32,000 bases of DNA. It comes from Candidatus Saccharimonadota bacterium. GTDB lineage: Bacteria > Patescibacteriota > Saccharimonadia > Saccharimonadales > Saccharimonadaceae. Below the pieces are notes generated by a model that did not search any database, was not told the origin of the DNA, and was given only the letters and a program-made list of their open reading frames with translations. Location: the NCBI GenBank assembly GCA_025349965.1, contig CP075337.1:210001-242000 (forward strand), read 5' to 3'. Positions 7,811 through 15,580 of this stretch are shown piece after piece; positions within the stretch are counted from its first letter, which is position 1, and every line of letters begins with the position of its first letter. The translations under genes were made by a program, and so were the position numbers.

Positions 7811-7831
7811 TAAGTGTAAAAACAACACTAA
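7811..7831. promoter_or_regulatory. Candidate NrtR operator 5 (TAAGTGT-AAAAACA-ACACTAA)
   Basis: 21-bp palindrome immediately upstream of a TATAAT box (7832-7837) and the GAGGAG SD of nadD. Confidence 0.65.
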
Positions 7832-7851
7832 TATAATTTAGAGGAGTAATT

Positions 7852-8433
7852 ATGCAACCTGAACGGCAGGAAACGGTGATTTACGGCGGAGCATTTAACC
7901 CCCCTACTCGCGCACATGAGGCAATCTTACAGGCGTGCGTTGAGTATGCCGGACCCCGTAGTGCTGATGTTTGGTTGCTTCCAAGCGCCTCACGGGCTGA
8001 CAAGACAATAGAAGTGCCTCGTGAAAAGCGCTTAGCATTTTGTGAAGCATTAAGCCGAGATGTGGTGCGCCGGACGGTTGAGCTTGGCATTGAGACGATG
8101 GAGTTGGATCGGCCTGTGCAAACAGAAACATACGATACGGTGCGTGAGTTAGAGACGCGCTACCCAGACCGCACGTTTACGTGGGTATTTGGCGCAGACT
8201 CTGTGGCAACTATGGAAACGTGGCATGAGGGTGTATGGCTAAAGGAAGAGCTTTCAATGCTTGTCATTAATAGGCCGGGCGCTCCGCAGCTAAAATTGGG
8301 CGCGAAGGCGTCGCTTCTAGCGGTGGATGCGGGAAGTTTGAGTTCTACCGAATTACGTCGGCGCATACTCGAAGAAGAGCCGTATGAAGATATGGTGGGC
8401 GCGCATGTCTATGAACTCCTCGGTGCAAGGTGA
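7852..8433 (+). CDS. nadD: Nicotinate-nucleotide adenylyltransferase
   Basis: 193 aa. It has YGGAFNPPTRAH, the GxFxPxHxxH nucleotidyltransferase motif, and a C-terminal SSTELR motif. SD GAGGAG is present. The gene is divergent from nadE. Confidence 0.85.
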   Translation: MQPERQETVIYGGAFNPPTRAHEAILQACVEYAGPRSADVWLLPSASRADKTIEVPREKRLAFCEALSRDVVRRTVELGIETMELDRPVQTETYDTVRELETRYPDRTFTWVFGADSVATMETWHEGVWLKEELSMLVINRPGAPQLKLGAKASLLAVDAGSLSSTELRRRILEEEPYEDMVGAHVYELLGAR

Positions 8434-8445
8434 TATGCTAAGACT

Positions 8446-9210
8446 ATGTTAATTGATACCCACTGCCATATTCATGAATCATACCCCTACTCTGTGACAG
8501 AAACACTTGAACGCGCCAAAGAGGCTGGAATTGAAAAAATGATTTGCGTAGGGACGGATGAGGGAAGTTCGGAGCTTGCGTTACGAGCGGCTACTGTATA
8601 TGAACCTCTCTATGTGTCTATTGGTGTGCATCCGCATGAGACGAAAGATGGCTATGCGAAGATTGCGCTCATGGCTGATGATGCAAATACAAAACTTGTT
8701 GCAGTGGGTGAAATTGGGCTCGATTATTTTTACACTCATAGCCCCCGGGAAGTGCAAATGGAGGCATTGCGCGCGCAAATGGAAGTGGCATTGAGTCACA
8801 ATCTCCCTATTATCTTTCACGTCCGCGAAGCGTTTGATGATTTTTGGCCTATCTTTGAAGAATTTGAAGAGAAATACGGCACGGTTCGTGGCGTGCTGCA
8901 CAGTTTTACTGATTCAAAAGAGAATATGGAAAAGGCTATTTCTAAAGGACTGTATATTGGCGTGAATGGGATTAGCACGTTTACAAAAGACGAGGCGCAG
9001 AAGGAAATGTTTGACGCTATTCCGGAGGCTTCGCTCCTCTTTGAAACGGACGCGCCTTTCTTGACGCCTGCCCCATTTCGTGGTAAAGTAAATGAGCCTG
9101 CATATGTGCGTACGGTTGCAGAGTATCATGCTAAGCGTCGTGGAGTTTCGCTTGAGGTACTCGCTACAGCAACAACGCGCAATGCACAGACACTTTTTAA
9201 CTTTTCATAG
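8446..9210 (+). CDS. tatD: TatD-family metal-dependent hydrolase/DNase
   Basis: 254 aa. It has the N-terminal IDTHCH motif, GEIGLDY, and later HSF and ETDAP motifs characteristic of the TatD/YchF amidohydrolase fold. Confidence 0.85.
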   Translation: MLIDTHCHIHESYPYSVTETLERAKEAGIEKMICVGTDEGSSELALRAATVYEPLYVSIGVHPHETKDGYAKIALMADDANTKLVAVGEIGLDYFYTHSPREVQMEALRAQMEVALSHNLPIIFHVREAFDDFWPIFEEFEEKYGTVRGVLHSFTDSKENMEKAISKGLYIGVNGISTFTKDEAQKEMFDAIPEASLLFETDAPFLTPAPFRGKVNEPAYVRTVAEYHAKRRGVSLEVLATATTRNAQTLFNFS

Positions 9211-9221
9211 AAGTTGTATAT

Positions 9222-9818
9222 ATGCGAGAGAGTCAGTATCAAATACCAACAACTTTGCTACGCGAAGAAGTGGTAGAGGAAGTTGCACAAACCGAAACAG
9301 CTGAGCAGCGCCAGGTTGCTGAGTTTTTTGCTCATGAACCACAGTTTGAATACACACCAGAAATACATCAGGCGGTGAAGGAGCTTGAGACGCGACTTGA
9401 CTGGTATCGATACGAAGCGCTTCATACGCCCGTTGCACCAAAGCCTTCGCTTGGTGGTCGAATTCTTGGCGTTCTTGGCATGGAAAAGAAAGTTGTTCCG
9501 ATAATGAATAATCTGATTGACCAGGAAAGTCTTGTTGGCGGCGGGCTGTTCCGTGAAGAAAAGGCAAGGTTTTGGCTTAATCCCCCGCTTGAAACTCACT
9601 CTCAGGTAAGAGATTGGTACTTTAGCTTTACTCGTGGCACTGAAGAATACACCATTCATTATCAGACTGATGCTGAGGGTATCCATAAGATTTACAATGG
9701 ACACAAGCATCCTTTTACTGAAGGTGAAATTGCACGCTTTGTAAATGCCGCAAACACATATGAACAACGAGTTCTAAGCGACGTATATGGCCGCGAACCC
9801 GTCGTACGAGCTGCCTAA
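9222..9818 (+). CDS. Hypothetical cytoplasmic protein
   Basis: 198-aa ORF in the same orientation as its neighbours and tightly spaced (11 nt after tatD). It has no TM segment or signal peptide, and I recognised no motif. Confidence 0.55.
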   Translation: MRESQYQIPTTLLREEVVEEVAQTETAEQRQVAEFFAHEPQFEYTPEIHQAVKELETRLDWYRYEALHTPVAPKPSLGGRILGVLGMEKKVVPIMNNLIDQESLVGGGLFREEKARFWLNPPLETHSQVRDWYFSFTRGTEEYTIHYQTDAEGIHKIYNGHKHPFTEGEIARFVNAANTYEQRVLSDVYGREPVVRAA

Positions 9819-9839
9819 ATAAGGTATACTGGTAAGGTA

Positions 9840-10997
9840 GTGGAACAGACAGTTATCTATCTTGACTATGCGGCGGCAACCCCTGTTGACCCAAAAGTAC
9901 ATGCAGCTATGCTGCCCTTCTTTTCTGATATGTTTTATAACCCGTCCGCTCCGTATTCACCCGCGCTTGAAGTGCGCCGAATATATGAAGACGCTAAAAA
10001 CCAAATCGCCCATGCTATTGGCGGGCGTGGGGATGACATTGTTGTCACTGCTGGTGCGACGGAATCAATTGCGCTCGCCTTTGGTAGTGTTGACGGACAT
10101 GTGGTGACGGCAAATATTGAGCATCATGCAGTTTTGGCGGCGGCTGCGCATAAAACTGAAGCAACCCTTGTTGCGGCTAATGAAAAAGGACTTGTTTCTG
10201 CTGAGTCGGTGCGTGCGGCAATTCGTCCAGACACGCAGCTTGTCAGTATTGCTCTTGCTAATAATGAACTCGGGACAATCCAGCCACTTCGCGATATCGC
10301 TGAAGTAGTGAAAAAGGAGCGCATGCGCCGGCTTGATGCGGGTGACCACACGCCGATTTATCTTCACTCGGATGCTTCACAGGGTGTCGGGCAAATTGAT
10401 GTTAATGTTGCTCGGCTTGGTGTTGATATGTTAACACTGAATGCCTCAAAGGCATACGGTCCTAAGCAGGTTGGTATTCTTTGGGCGGCGCCAATGGTGC
10501 AGGTTCGCCCACTGGTTTTTGGTGGTGGCCAAGAGCGCGGTCTTCGCAGTGGAACAGAGAATGTCCCTGGCGTAGTTGGGTTTGCCGTCGCAATGCAGCG
10601 CGCCACAAAGCACCGTAAATCTGAAACAGAGCGTCTGGCAAAGCTCCGTAATACAATGCAGCGCGCCTTGACCGAGGCTTTTCCTGAAGCAATTATTTCT
10701 GGACACGAAAAAAGCCGTCTTGCAGGTCATCTTCATATTTCTTTCCCAAATCTTGATGCGGAGCGGGTGCTGTTTTCACTTGAGTCAAAGGGGGTATTGG
10801 TTGCAACTGGAAGTGCCTGCGCGGCAAATAAGGGCACACGTTCGCATGTGCTGACCGCAATTGGGCTTGCGCCGGAAGTTGCCGATGGAAGCCTCCGCAT
10901 TACGCTCGGTAAACTTAGCACCGATGAAACTATTACCCGTGCTACTGAGCTCATTATTGAAACAGTCCAAGCTGAATATAACCGAAAGGCGGCCTAA
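9840..10997 (+). CDS. Cysteine desulfurase (class V aminotransferase, NifS/IscS-like)
   Basis: 385 aa with a GTG start. It has the PLP-lysine context LNASKAYGPKQVG and the active-site loop ATGSACAA. Confidence 0.9.
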   Translation: MEQTVIYLDYAAATPVDPKVHAAMLPFFSDMFYNPSAPYSPALEVRRIYEDAKNQIAHAIGGRGDDIVVTAGATESIALAFGSVDGHVVTANIEHHAVLAAAAHKTEATLVAANEKGLVSAESVRAAIRPDTQLVSIALANNELGTIQPLRDIAEVVKKERMRRLDAGDHTPIYLHSDASQGVGQIDVNVARLGVDMLTLNASKAYGPKQVGILWAAPMVQVRPLVFGGGQERGLRSGTENVPGVVGFAVAMQRATKHRKSETERLAKLRNTMQRALTEAFPEAIISGHEKSRLAGHLHISFPNLDAERVLFSLESKGVLVATGSACAANKGTRSHVLTAIGLAPEVADGSLRITLGKLSTDETITRATELIIETVQAEYNRKAA

Positions 10998-11594
10998 GTG
11001 AGGGGTCTTTTGATTTTCTTAGCATGTTTGGCGGCGTTTATTATTGGTGTGAGTTTTTATCTCCAGCCAAATGACTTTACGGGGTGTGGTACAACACCAA
11101 AAACAGGTTGTAGCACGGCAGATGCGATTGTTGTGGTGAGCGGCGGTGATACTCAAGCGCGTGTTGATGCTGGCGTGAAACTTTTTAACAATGGTTGGGC
11201 GAGAATGCTGGTATTTTCTGGCGCAGCCCAAGATAAGAGTGGCCCAAGTAATGCTGAAGCAATGCGCCGTCAGGCAATTGCTGCCGGGGTGCCGGAGAGT
11301 GCAATTCTGGTTGATGAGGACGCGGTGAATACGCAGCAGAATGCTGAAAATACACAGTCGATTTTAACGGAACATAATTTGAAGCGTGTCATTCTTGTAA
11401 CATCGGGATATCACCAACGTCGGGCAAGTTTAGAGTTTCAAAAAGAAGCTCAAGCTGGCGTGAAGGTGCTGAATTGGCCGGTTGCAAAAGACAAAGACTG
11501 GAGTGCGCTTTGGTGGATGACGCCACGCGGCTGGTGGCTTGCCGGTGGAGAGTTGGTAAAGATTATAGCGTTTTATACAGGAGCAGGGCGATGA
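10998..11594 (+). CDS. DUF218/YdcF (ElyC/SanA-like) membrane-anchored protein
   Basis: 198 aa. The GTG start lies immediately after the desulfurase stop. It has an N-terminal TM helix, then the VVSGGD and VTSGYHQRRA motifs of the DUF218 fold. Confidence 0.75.
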   Translation: MRGLLIFLACLAAFIIGVSFYLQPNDFTGCGTTPKTGCSTADAIVVVSGGDTQARVDAGVKLFNNGWARMLVFSGAAQDKSGPSNAEAMRRQAIAAGVPESAILVDEDAVNTQQNAENTQSILTEHNLKRVILVTSGYHQRRASLEFQKEAQAGVKVLNWPVAKDKDWSALWWMTPRGWWLAGGELVKIIAFYTGAGR

Positions 11595-12634
11595 CAAAAG
11601 TATATGTAGGAATGAGTGGCGGGGTTGATTCGTCACTAACTGCGGCGCTTTTGGTTGAGCAGGGCTATAGCGTTACCGGTGTTTACATGAAAAACTGGAC
11701 ACAAGACTTGCCTGGTATGCGCTGTCCGTGGGCGGATGATTTAGCTGACGCTAAGCGTGTGGCAGTGCATCTTGGCATTGATTTCAAGGTGTTTGATTTT
11801 GAAAATGAATATCGACAAAAAGTTGTTGATTACATGATTGACGAGTATAGGGCAGGGCGCACGCCAAACCCAGATATTATGTGCAACCAAGAAGTGAAGT
11901 TTAAACTTTTCCTTGAGGCTGCGCTTGAAGACGGTGCGGATCTTATTGCGACCGGTCACTATGCGCGTGTTGCTGACGGTCAGCTTCTCCAGGCGGTTGA
12001 TACTAATAAGGACCAGACCTATTTCTTGTACCGCGTGACTAAAAAAGCGCTTGAAAAAACACTCTTCCCGCTTGGTGAATTTACCAAGCCTGAAGTACGT
12101 GAAATGGCGGCGGCGCGCGGGCTTATTACGGCACGTAAAAAAGACAGTCAGGGTATTTGTTTTGTTGGACAAATTGGTATTCGTGAATTCTTAAGCCAGT
12201 ATGTTGAGCAAAAAGCGGGTGATATTATCGATGCACAAACCGGCAAGGTGCTTGGGCGTCATGATGGGGCTATTTTCTATACACTCGGGCAACGTCACGG
12301 GCTTGATATTGGCGGTGGGCTTCCGTACTACGTTGTTGGTAAGGATATGGACAAGAACGAGGTCTATGTAACCACGAATCTTAATGATGAAGCGTTGTGG
12401 CGCAATGATGTGATGCTCCATTCACTCCATTGGATTTCTGGTGATGCACCAGCGGAGGGTGAGTATATGGTTCGTGTGCGACATCGCGCAAAGCTTACGC
12501 CTGTGACGCTTACATTCGGCGAGGATGGTTTGGTCACGCTTCACTTTAAGGATGCCGAACGCGCCGTCGCTGCTGGTCAGTCCCTTGTGATGTATGATGG
12601 CGAACGCTGTCTTGGTGGCGGCATCGTTGCTTAA
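11591..12634 (+). CDS. mnmA: tRNA-specific 2-thiouridylase
   Basis: The track ORF starts at 11474. The true start is most likely the ATG at 11591 (MTKVYVGMSGGVDSS, a PP-loop), which overlaps the upstream stop as ATGA. The sequence is MnmA-like throughout. Confidence 0.9.
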   Translation: MTKVYVGMSGGVDSSLTAALLVEQGYSVTGVYMKNWTQDLPGMRCPWADDLADAKRVAVHLGIDFKVFDFENEYRQKVVDYMIDEYRAGRTPNPDIMCNQEVKFKLFLEAALEDGADLIATGHYARVADGQLLQAVDTNKDQTYFLYRVTKKALEKTLFPLGEFTKPEVREMAAARGLITARKKDSQGICFVGQIGIREFLSQYVEQKAGDIIDAQTGKVLGRHDGAIFYTLGQRHGLDIGGGLPYYVVGKDMDKNEVYVTTNLNDEALWRNDVMLHSLHWISGDAPAEGEYMVRVRHRAKLTPVTLTFGEDGLVTLHFKDAERAVAAGQSLVMYDGERCLGGGIVA

Positions 12635-12702
12635 GTTGTTTCTCAGCACTCTTTACTAAAATAAAGAATGTAATAGCTATCTAATGCAAAAGGAGTATCT
12701 CT

Positions 12703-12918
12703 ATGGGATTTATGGATGATGCAGAAGATAAAATGAAAAATGCCCTTGATGGTGCACAGGACGCGGCGCAGAATCTTGGTGACGCTGTGAAGGAAAAGTC
12801 TGATGACTTACGAGACGCCGTCGAGAATGCAGGTGAGCATGCCAAAGATGCAATTGGTGATATGAAGGATGCTGCCACTGAAAAGCTCGATGACGTAGAC
12901 GAGAAAATTAAGCAGTAA
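12703..12918 (+). CDS. Small acidic repeat protein (LEA/stress-protein-like, predicted helical or disordered)
   Basis: 71 aa. SD AAGGAG lies 8 nt upstream and an intrinsic terminator follows. It contains repeated DA-x-(E/D/K)-rich segments. Confidence 0.6.
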   Translation: MGFMDDAEDKMKNALDGAQDAAQNLGDAVKEKSDDLRDAVENAGEHAKDAIGDMKDAATEKLDDVDEKIKQ

Positions 12919-12937
12919 CGCCCAGTGTATTTTCTTG

Positions 12938-12966
12938 AAAGGACGGCTTGCGGGGCGTCCTTTTTG
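12938..12966 (+). terminator. Rho-independent terminator
   Basis: AAAGGACG...CGTCCTTT stem followed by a T-run (12961-12965). Confidence 0.7.
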
Positions 12967-13037
12967 ATTTACATGGTAGATAAATTGCTTATGGTATACT
13001 AGAACTAACTTCAATTCATGCAAGAAAGCAGGGGCTA

Positions 13038-13655
13038 GTGAAGCACTATCTAAAGAAGCCATCTCGTCTAATGAAGACCGGTTCGCTCGGGTTTACTATC
13101 GTAGAGCTTCTTATAGTGGTAGTGGTGATTGCTATTCTGGCTGCCGTAACAATAGTTTCCTATAATGGCATCACGAAGCAGGCTAACATCTCGGCGCAGG
13201 AAGCTGATGTTAAGGCCATCCTTGATGCGCAAGATGCATACCGTATTATTCACGGGCAAACCTTTTCTAATGAGTCAGAGGCTCGAGAGGCAGGACTTGC
13301 TAACGCGAGCGGTAAGCTGAGCTGGTGGCCGAGTGAAGTGGAGCCACTTGATTTTGCATCACTTACAAGTACTACACCTAGGGGGAAGTATATGCTTATG
13401 CATGAAGCTTCAACCCTTTCTTCATATTGGGTTAATGGTACGGAGTATACTGATGTTTCCAATGAGGTTTTTGAGATATACTATTGGGATTACAGCCAGT
13501 CTAGCTGGGTGGTGCGGTGGAATCAGTGGATTGGATTTGACAAAGATATACAAAAAGGGAACCCTATTCAGTGGCGACTCAAAAATGTGACGGACAATGA
13601 AAGCCCTTGTACGGCGAGCACGCTCGAGGAGTGTCGCTACAACCCGTCTAATTAA
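13038..13655 (+). CDS. Type IV pilin-like protein (prepilin N-terminal cleavage/methylation motif)
   Basis: The G|FTIVELLIVVVVIAILAAV class III signal has Glu at +5. A GTG start at 13038 gives an 18-aa leader, and an ATG at 13071 gives a 7-aa leader. An extended -10 (TGgTATACT) lies at 12992-13000. Confidence 0.8.
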   Translation: MKHYLKKPSRLMKTGSLGFTIVELLIVVVVIAILAAVTIVSYNGITKQANISAQEADVKAILDAQDAYRIIHGQTFSNESEAREAGLANASGKLSWWPSEVEPLDFASLTSTTPRGKYMLMHEASTLSSYWVNGTEYTDVSNEVFEIYYWDYSQSSWVVRWNQWIGFDKDIQKGNPIQWRLKNVTDNESPCTASTLEECRYNPSN

Positions 13656-13699
13656 CCCCTCCTTTCGTTGTAGCTGTAAATATACTATAATTAACAGAT

Positions 13700-15580
13700 A
13701 TGAACGCTCAACAAATCCGCAACTCCTACTTAGAATTCTTCAAAGAACGTGGTCATGCTGTCGTAAAGCGCGCGCCACTTGTTTTGAAGGATGACCCGTC
13801 AACCCTTTTTACTGGCTCTGGTATGCAGCCGATGATTCCCTACTTGCTTGGCGAAGCCCATCCACAAGGCGTACGCATTACTGACAGTCAGACATGTCTT
13901 CGTGCGCAAGATATTGATGATATTGGTGACAACCGCCACACAACTTTCTTTGAGATGCTCGGTAACTGGAGTATGGGTGACTACTTCAAAGAACAACAGA
14001 TTGAATGGATGTTTGAATGGCTCTCTGAAGTGGTCGGCCTTGATATGAGCAAGCTCTACGTTACTGCGTTTATTGGCGCGCCAGAGTACGGCATTGAAAA
14101 AGATACCGAAGCGGTTGCGGTGTGGCGCCGTCTTTTTGAGGCGAAGGGGCTTTCAACTGGAGAAGCCGAAATCGGCTCTGAAGAGGCTGGCTATGAGCGC
14201 GGCATGAAAGAGGGTGAGCGCTTCTTCTATTATGATGGCAGTAAAAACTGGTGGAGCCGTAATGGTTCGCCTGAAACAACACCGGTCGGCGACCCGTGTG
14301 GTCCAGACAGCGAAATGTTCTATGATTTTGGCACTCCGCACGACCCTTCGTACGGTGAATCCTGTCACCCAAACTGTGATTGTGGCCGCTTTATGGAAAT
14401 TGGTAATAACGTTTTTATGGCCTACCGAAAAGTTGCTGAAGGGCAGTTTGAGCCACTTGAAAAGCCAAACATTGATCACGGTTCGGGGCTTGAGCGTATT
14501 GCCGCAGCGGCAATTAATAGCCCTGATGTTTTCCGTATTAGTGTTATTTGGCCAATCATTGAAAAGCTCCAAGAGCTGAGCGGTAAAAAGTATGAAAGCA
14601 ATACCGCAAGTATGCGCGTGATTGCGGATCACCTTCGTGCGGCAACCTTCCTTGCGGTTGATGGTTGCGTGCCAGCAAATAAAGAGCAGGGCTATGTAAT
14701 GCGCCGTTTACTTCGCCGTGCAATCCGTTTTGCATTTGATTTGGGCCTCGAGCAGAACTTCTTTGAAGAAATTGTCCCAGTGATTGCTGATTTGTATGCA
14801 GAAGATTATCCAGAGGTTGCCGAAAACCGTGAAATGGTAATTGCGGTGCTTGCAAAGGAAGAGAAGGTTTTCCGACAAACGCTACGTAAAGGCCTCAAGC
14901 AACTTGAAAAGTTTGCTACTGATGGACTGACGGGCGAAGAACTCTTTACGCTGTATGACACGTATGGCTTCCCAGTAGAACTTTCAACTGAAGAAGTATT
15001 TAAGCAAGATATTAAAATCTCTGAAAACTGGCGTCAGGAATTTGAAGATAAGATGGCTGAGCAGCGTGCTCGTTCGCAAACCGCTGCAAAAGGTGCGTTT
15101 AAGGGTGGCCTCGGCGGACAAGACTTGATTCACAAGAAGTATCACACCGCAACGCATCTCGTGTATGCGGCCCTTCGCAGGACAGTGAGCGATGACATTA
15201 CACAGCATGGGAGCAATATCACCGAAGAACGCCTTCGCTTTGATTTTAACCATGACGGCAAGGTGCCGCGTGAACAGCTCGATGAAGCCGAGAAGCTGGT
15301 GAATGAATGGATTTCATGGAATCTGCCAGTCTCATTCAAAGAATATCCAACCGACGAGGCCTTCGCTATGGGTGCAATTGGTGCTTTTGGTGACAAGTAC
15401 GGCGACACCGTAAAGGTCTATCAAATGGGCGAAGGTGATCAGCGTGTCAGCTTTGAGATTTGTGGTGGTCCGCACGTTGAAAATACCGGCCAACTTGCAG
15501 AAGACGGCAAGGTGTTCAAGATTACGAAGGAAGAATCTTCAAGCGCGGGGATTCGGCGTATTAAAGCGCAGCTCGTCTAG
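13700..15580 (+). CDS. alaS: Alanine--tRNA ligase, short form (no C-Ala domain)
   Basis: 626 aa. It has an AlaRS N-terminus (MNAQQIRNSYLEFFKERGH) and the editing-domain motifs HTATHL and CGGPHV. It ends soon after the editing domain. Confidence 0.9.
   Translation: MNAQQIRNSYLEFFKERGHAVVKRAPLVLKDDPSTLFTGSGMQPMIPYLLGEAHPQGVRITDSQTCLRAQDIDDIGDNRHTTFFEMLGNWSMGDYFKEQQIEWMFEWLSEVVGLDMSKLYVTAFIGAPEYGIEKDTEAVAVWRRLFEAKGLSTGEAEIGSEEAGYERGMKEGERFFYYDGSKNWWSRNGSPETTPVGDPCGPDSEMFYDFGTPHDPSYGESCHPNCDCGRFMEIGNNVFMAYRKVAEGQFEPLEKPNIDHGSGLERIAAAAINSPDVFRISVIWPIIEKLQELSGKKYESNTASMRVIADHLRAATFLAVDGCVPANKEQGYVMRRLLRRAIRFAFDLGLEQNFFEEIVPVIADLYAEDYPEVAENREMVIAVLAKEEKVFRQTLRKGLKQLEKFATDGLTGEELFTLYDTYGFPVELSTEEVFKQDIKISENWRQEFEDKMAEQRARSQTAAKGAFKGGLGGQDLIHKKYHTATHLVYAALRRTVSDDITQHGSNITEERLRFDFNHDGKVPREQLDEAEKLVNEWISWNLPVSFKEYPTDEAFAMGAIGAFGDKYGDTVKVYQMGEGDQRVSFEICGGPHVENTGQLAEDGKVFKITKEESSSAGIRRIKAQLV

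Noticed and set aside
11474-11590. N-terminal extensions offered by the ORF track for mnmA (11474), L25 (30080), the first phosphatase (2536), the small membrane protein (3445) and possibly nadE (7776).
   Set aside because: The extensions overlap upstream genes or regulatory DNA and lack an SD. The internal starts have clear SDs and begin exactly at the conserved family N-termini (PP-loop, RHG, L25 N-terminus).
12681-12878. 65-aa minus-strand ORF as the real gene instead of the 71-aa plus-strand acidic protein.
   Set aside because: The plus-strand ORF has a consensus SD and a downstream intrinsic terminator. The minus-strand ORF is Ser/Ala/Cys-rich with no expression signals.
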